From IMG/VR virus record IMGVR_UViG_3300029705_000040, positions 1-38,208 of that record: 38,208 nt of DNA; one strand, 5' to 3'. The position numbers and the translations under genes were made by a program. The notes beneath the pieces were generated by a model. The model worked only from the letters and a program-made list of their open reading frames with translations, had not been told where the DNA came from and ran no database searches. Numbering within the stretch: position 1 is the stretch's first letter; the number at the start of each line of letters is the position of its first letter. Source of the stretch: a virus. Its lineage: Duplodnaviria; Heunggongvirae; Uroviricota; Caudoviricetes. Shown here piece by piece: positions 36,688 through 38,208 of the stretch.

Positions 36688-36763
36688 GGGCCATTAGCGC
36701 AATGGTTAGAGCTCCCCGCTCATAACGGGGCGGTTCTCGGTTCGAGTCCGAGGTGGCCCACCA
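36688..36763 (+). tRNA. tRNA-Ile2 (CAU, lysidine type) or tRNA-Met
   Basis: Canonical 76 nt: GGGCCAT/GTGGCCC, CCCCG-CT CAT AA-CGGGG, A73-CCA; acceptor resembles bacterial Ile2. Confidence 0.88.
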
Positions 36764-36784
36764 CTTTTATTTGTAGGTGTTAGC

Positions 36785-37012
36785 ATGAAGAAAAACAATG
36801 AGTATAATCTTTTTAATGAAATTTTATACATGATTGATAATTGGTGTGATGATTCGATTAGCTTTATCAATAGAAATGATTTTATTGTGCAAGTACATAA
36901 TCAATGGTCAAGATATCAAGCCTATCCGAGAATGGTTTCGATTTCAAAAAAGAGTATTATAGTTGTTTGGTCAAACGAATTTAGAGATAAATATTTAAGA
37001 AACAAAAATTAA
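36785..37012 (+). CDS. Hypothetical protein
   Basis: 75 aa. Confidence 0.65.
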   Translation: MKKNNEYNLFNEILYMIDNWCDDSISFINRNDFIVQVHNQWSRYQAYPRMVSISKKSIIVVWSNEFRDKYLRNKN

Positions 37013-37021
37013 GGTGTAGTT

Positions 37022-37342
37022 ATGTTTCAAAATGTTGTTGTAGGATACCCTATCGTAGATCCTAAAGAACTCATTGCTTTAGACGATCAAGATTGGGAAT
37101 CAGAAAAACAGAATACATTATTTACAGATTCTAGATTTCTTCCAAATATATTAAAAGAAGCTGGTGTAGTAAAATCTACTAGTGAGGTTAGAAAAAATAA
37201 GCCTGAGTTAGTAATTACTCTAGATAAACCAGATTGTTTTATGCTTAAATATGGTAAGAAAAGAATTTATATAATAGTTGGTTTAGAAACACTCGAACAA
37301 AGAGATGCTTTAATTTTTGAGTTAGATAATAAAATTAGTTGA
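37022..37342 (+). CDS. Stand-alone protein resembling the S4-like C-terminal domain of TyrRS
   Basis: ILKEAGVVKSTSEVRK...LKYGKKRIYII. Confidence 0.6.
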   Translation: MFQNVVVGYPIVDPKELIALDDQDWESEKQNTLFTDSRFLPNILKEAGVVKSTSEVRKNKPELVITLDKPDCFMLKYGKKRIYIIVGLETLEQRDALIFELDNKIS

Positions 37343-37367
37343 TTTAATTGTTAAAAGATTATATAAT
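37339..37367 (+). promoter_or_regulatory. Phage promoter AG-TTGATT-N17-TATAAT
   Basis: -35 overlaps the TGA stop; exact 17-nt spacer. Confidence 0.85.
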
Positions 37368-37541
37368 ATAAATGTAATAAGAAGTTTTTAGATTCTATAT
37401 TATGCATTAAATTATTATAAAAACAGATAAAAATTAACGCTAAATTAAATATACTTTCCTGTATATATTATTAGTAGTTTAAAAATTTAATAATACAATA
37501 TCCTCGAGTGGTGGAATGGGTATTACATCATTCGATTAAAT

Positions 37542-37625
37542 CGCTCCGTGTCGGAACAGCAGACGAACTCGACTTAAAATCGAGCGCCCTTGAGCGTGTG
37601 GGTGCAAATCCCACCGGAGCGACCA
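37542..37625 (+). tRNA. tRNA-Leu (UAA)
   Basis: CGCTCCG/CGGAGCG, CTCGA-CT TAA AA-TCGAG, long variable arm, A73-CCA; T loop TGCAAAT. Confidence 0.88.
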
Positions 37626-37726
37626 ACAGTTCGGTAGCGAAAGAGTAATTAACTTTCGAGTAATACGCTGACCCGTAAGCGAACATTTTTATTATAAATT
37701 TCTTTTAGGTCAGGGGAGAAATATTA

Positions 37727-38208
37727 ATGTCTGAAAAGCGTAAAGTTTAGCAACCAAAAACACAATGCAATAAATGTGGTAGATTCATTACAAATGCTAA
37801 TTTTAAAAAACACTCCAATAGTTGCGATGGTATAATTAAAAATTATGCATCTAAATATGATTATATATCAAACTTGATATGTCCATTTTGTGATTGTAAA
37901 AAAGAAACTAGAAATAGCCTTATTCAACATATTGTTAGATGTCCTAAAAATCCAGATAGGAAAGATTGGGATAAATTAGGAAAATATTCAACAAAAAACC
38001 GAAGAGGATAGACTAAAGAAACTAACAATAACATTGCGTTAGTAACGCAAAAATTAGTAGAATCTTATAAAAATGGAACTAGAAAAAGCTAGCTAACCCA
38101 TGGAACTGTTACGAGTATTTATAAGGATCACAACGATCAAGAAATAGCTAAATATTTATCTTATATAAGTACTTTATCTGAGACATTACCTAAATACAAT
38201 AAAATAAA
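37727..38208 (+). CDS. Zinc-finger protein, possibly a homing endonuclease N-terminus; 3 in-frame TAG; 3' truncated
   Basis: GGAG RBS; CNKC...H...C, CPFC...H...CPKNPDR, G[TAG]TKET; TAG at 37748, 38009, 38090. Confidence 0.75.

Noticed and set aside
37501-37540. Extra tRNA upstream of tRNA-Leu (CTCGAGTGGTGGAATGGGTA)
   Set aside because: It resembles only the 5' acceptor and D arm of a Leu/Ser tRNA, with no anticodon or T arm. Probably a remnant.
1-38208. Assignment to Lak megaphage or crAss-like phages because of code 15
   Set aside because: No marker genes in the window, and gene content and promoters look more Firmicute-associated. Taxonomy cannot be set from this window.

Overview
A 38 kb AT-rich (about 30% GC by eye), single-stranded-orientation (+) segment of a large lytic phage, probably infecting gut Firmicutes/Clostridia (inferred from sigmaA-type promoters and Clostridia-like nrdD, FAD oxidoreductase and tRNA-Gln scaffold). 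The phage uses an alternative genetic code. In-frame TAG codons interrupt otherwise intact genes and fall where Gln is expected, and two tandem tRNAs with a CUA anticodon (27231-27403) can read them, so several genes missing or fragmented in the supplied ORF track are intact under TAG=Gln. Contents: nrdD split by a group I intron with a GIY-YIG homing endonuclease, nrdG, thyX, RNase HI, Thg1, an FAD oxidoreductase, a C1 peptidase, many small hypothetical genes, two tail-fibre/adhesin genes sharing an Mtd_N-like N-terminus (one frameshifted at a G10 tract), and an RNA-rich region (33.3-37.7 kb). That region holds a ~1 kb ornate ncRNA candidate and a tRNA array in which about half the members have abnormal anticodon arms, including one tRNA with a 45-nt CCA-ending mini-tRNA nested in its anticodon loop. 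All calls are by-eye reading with no database searches.
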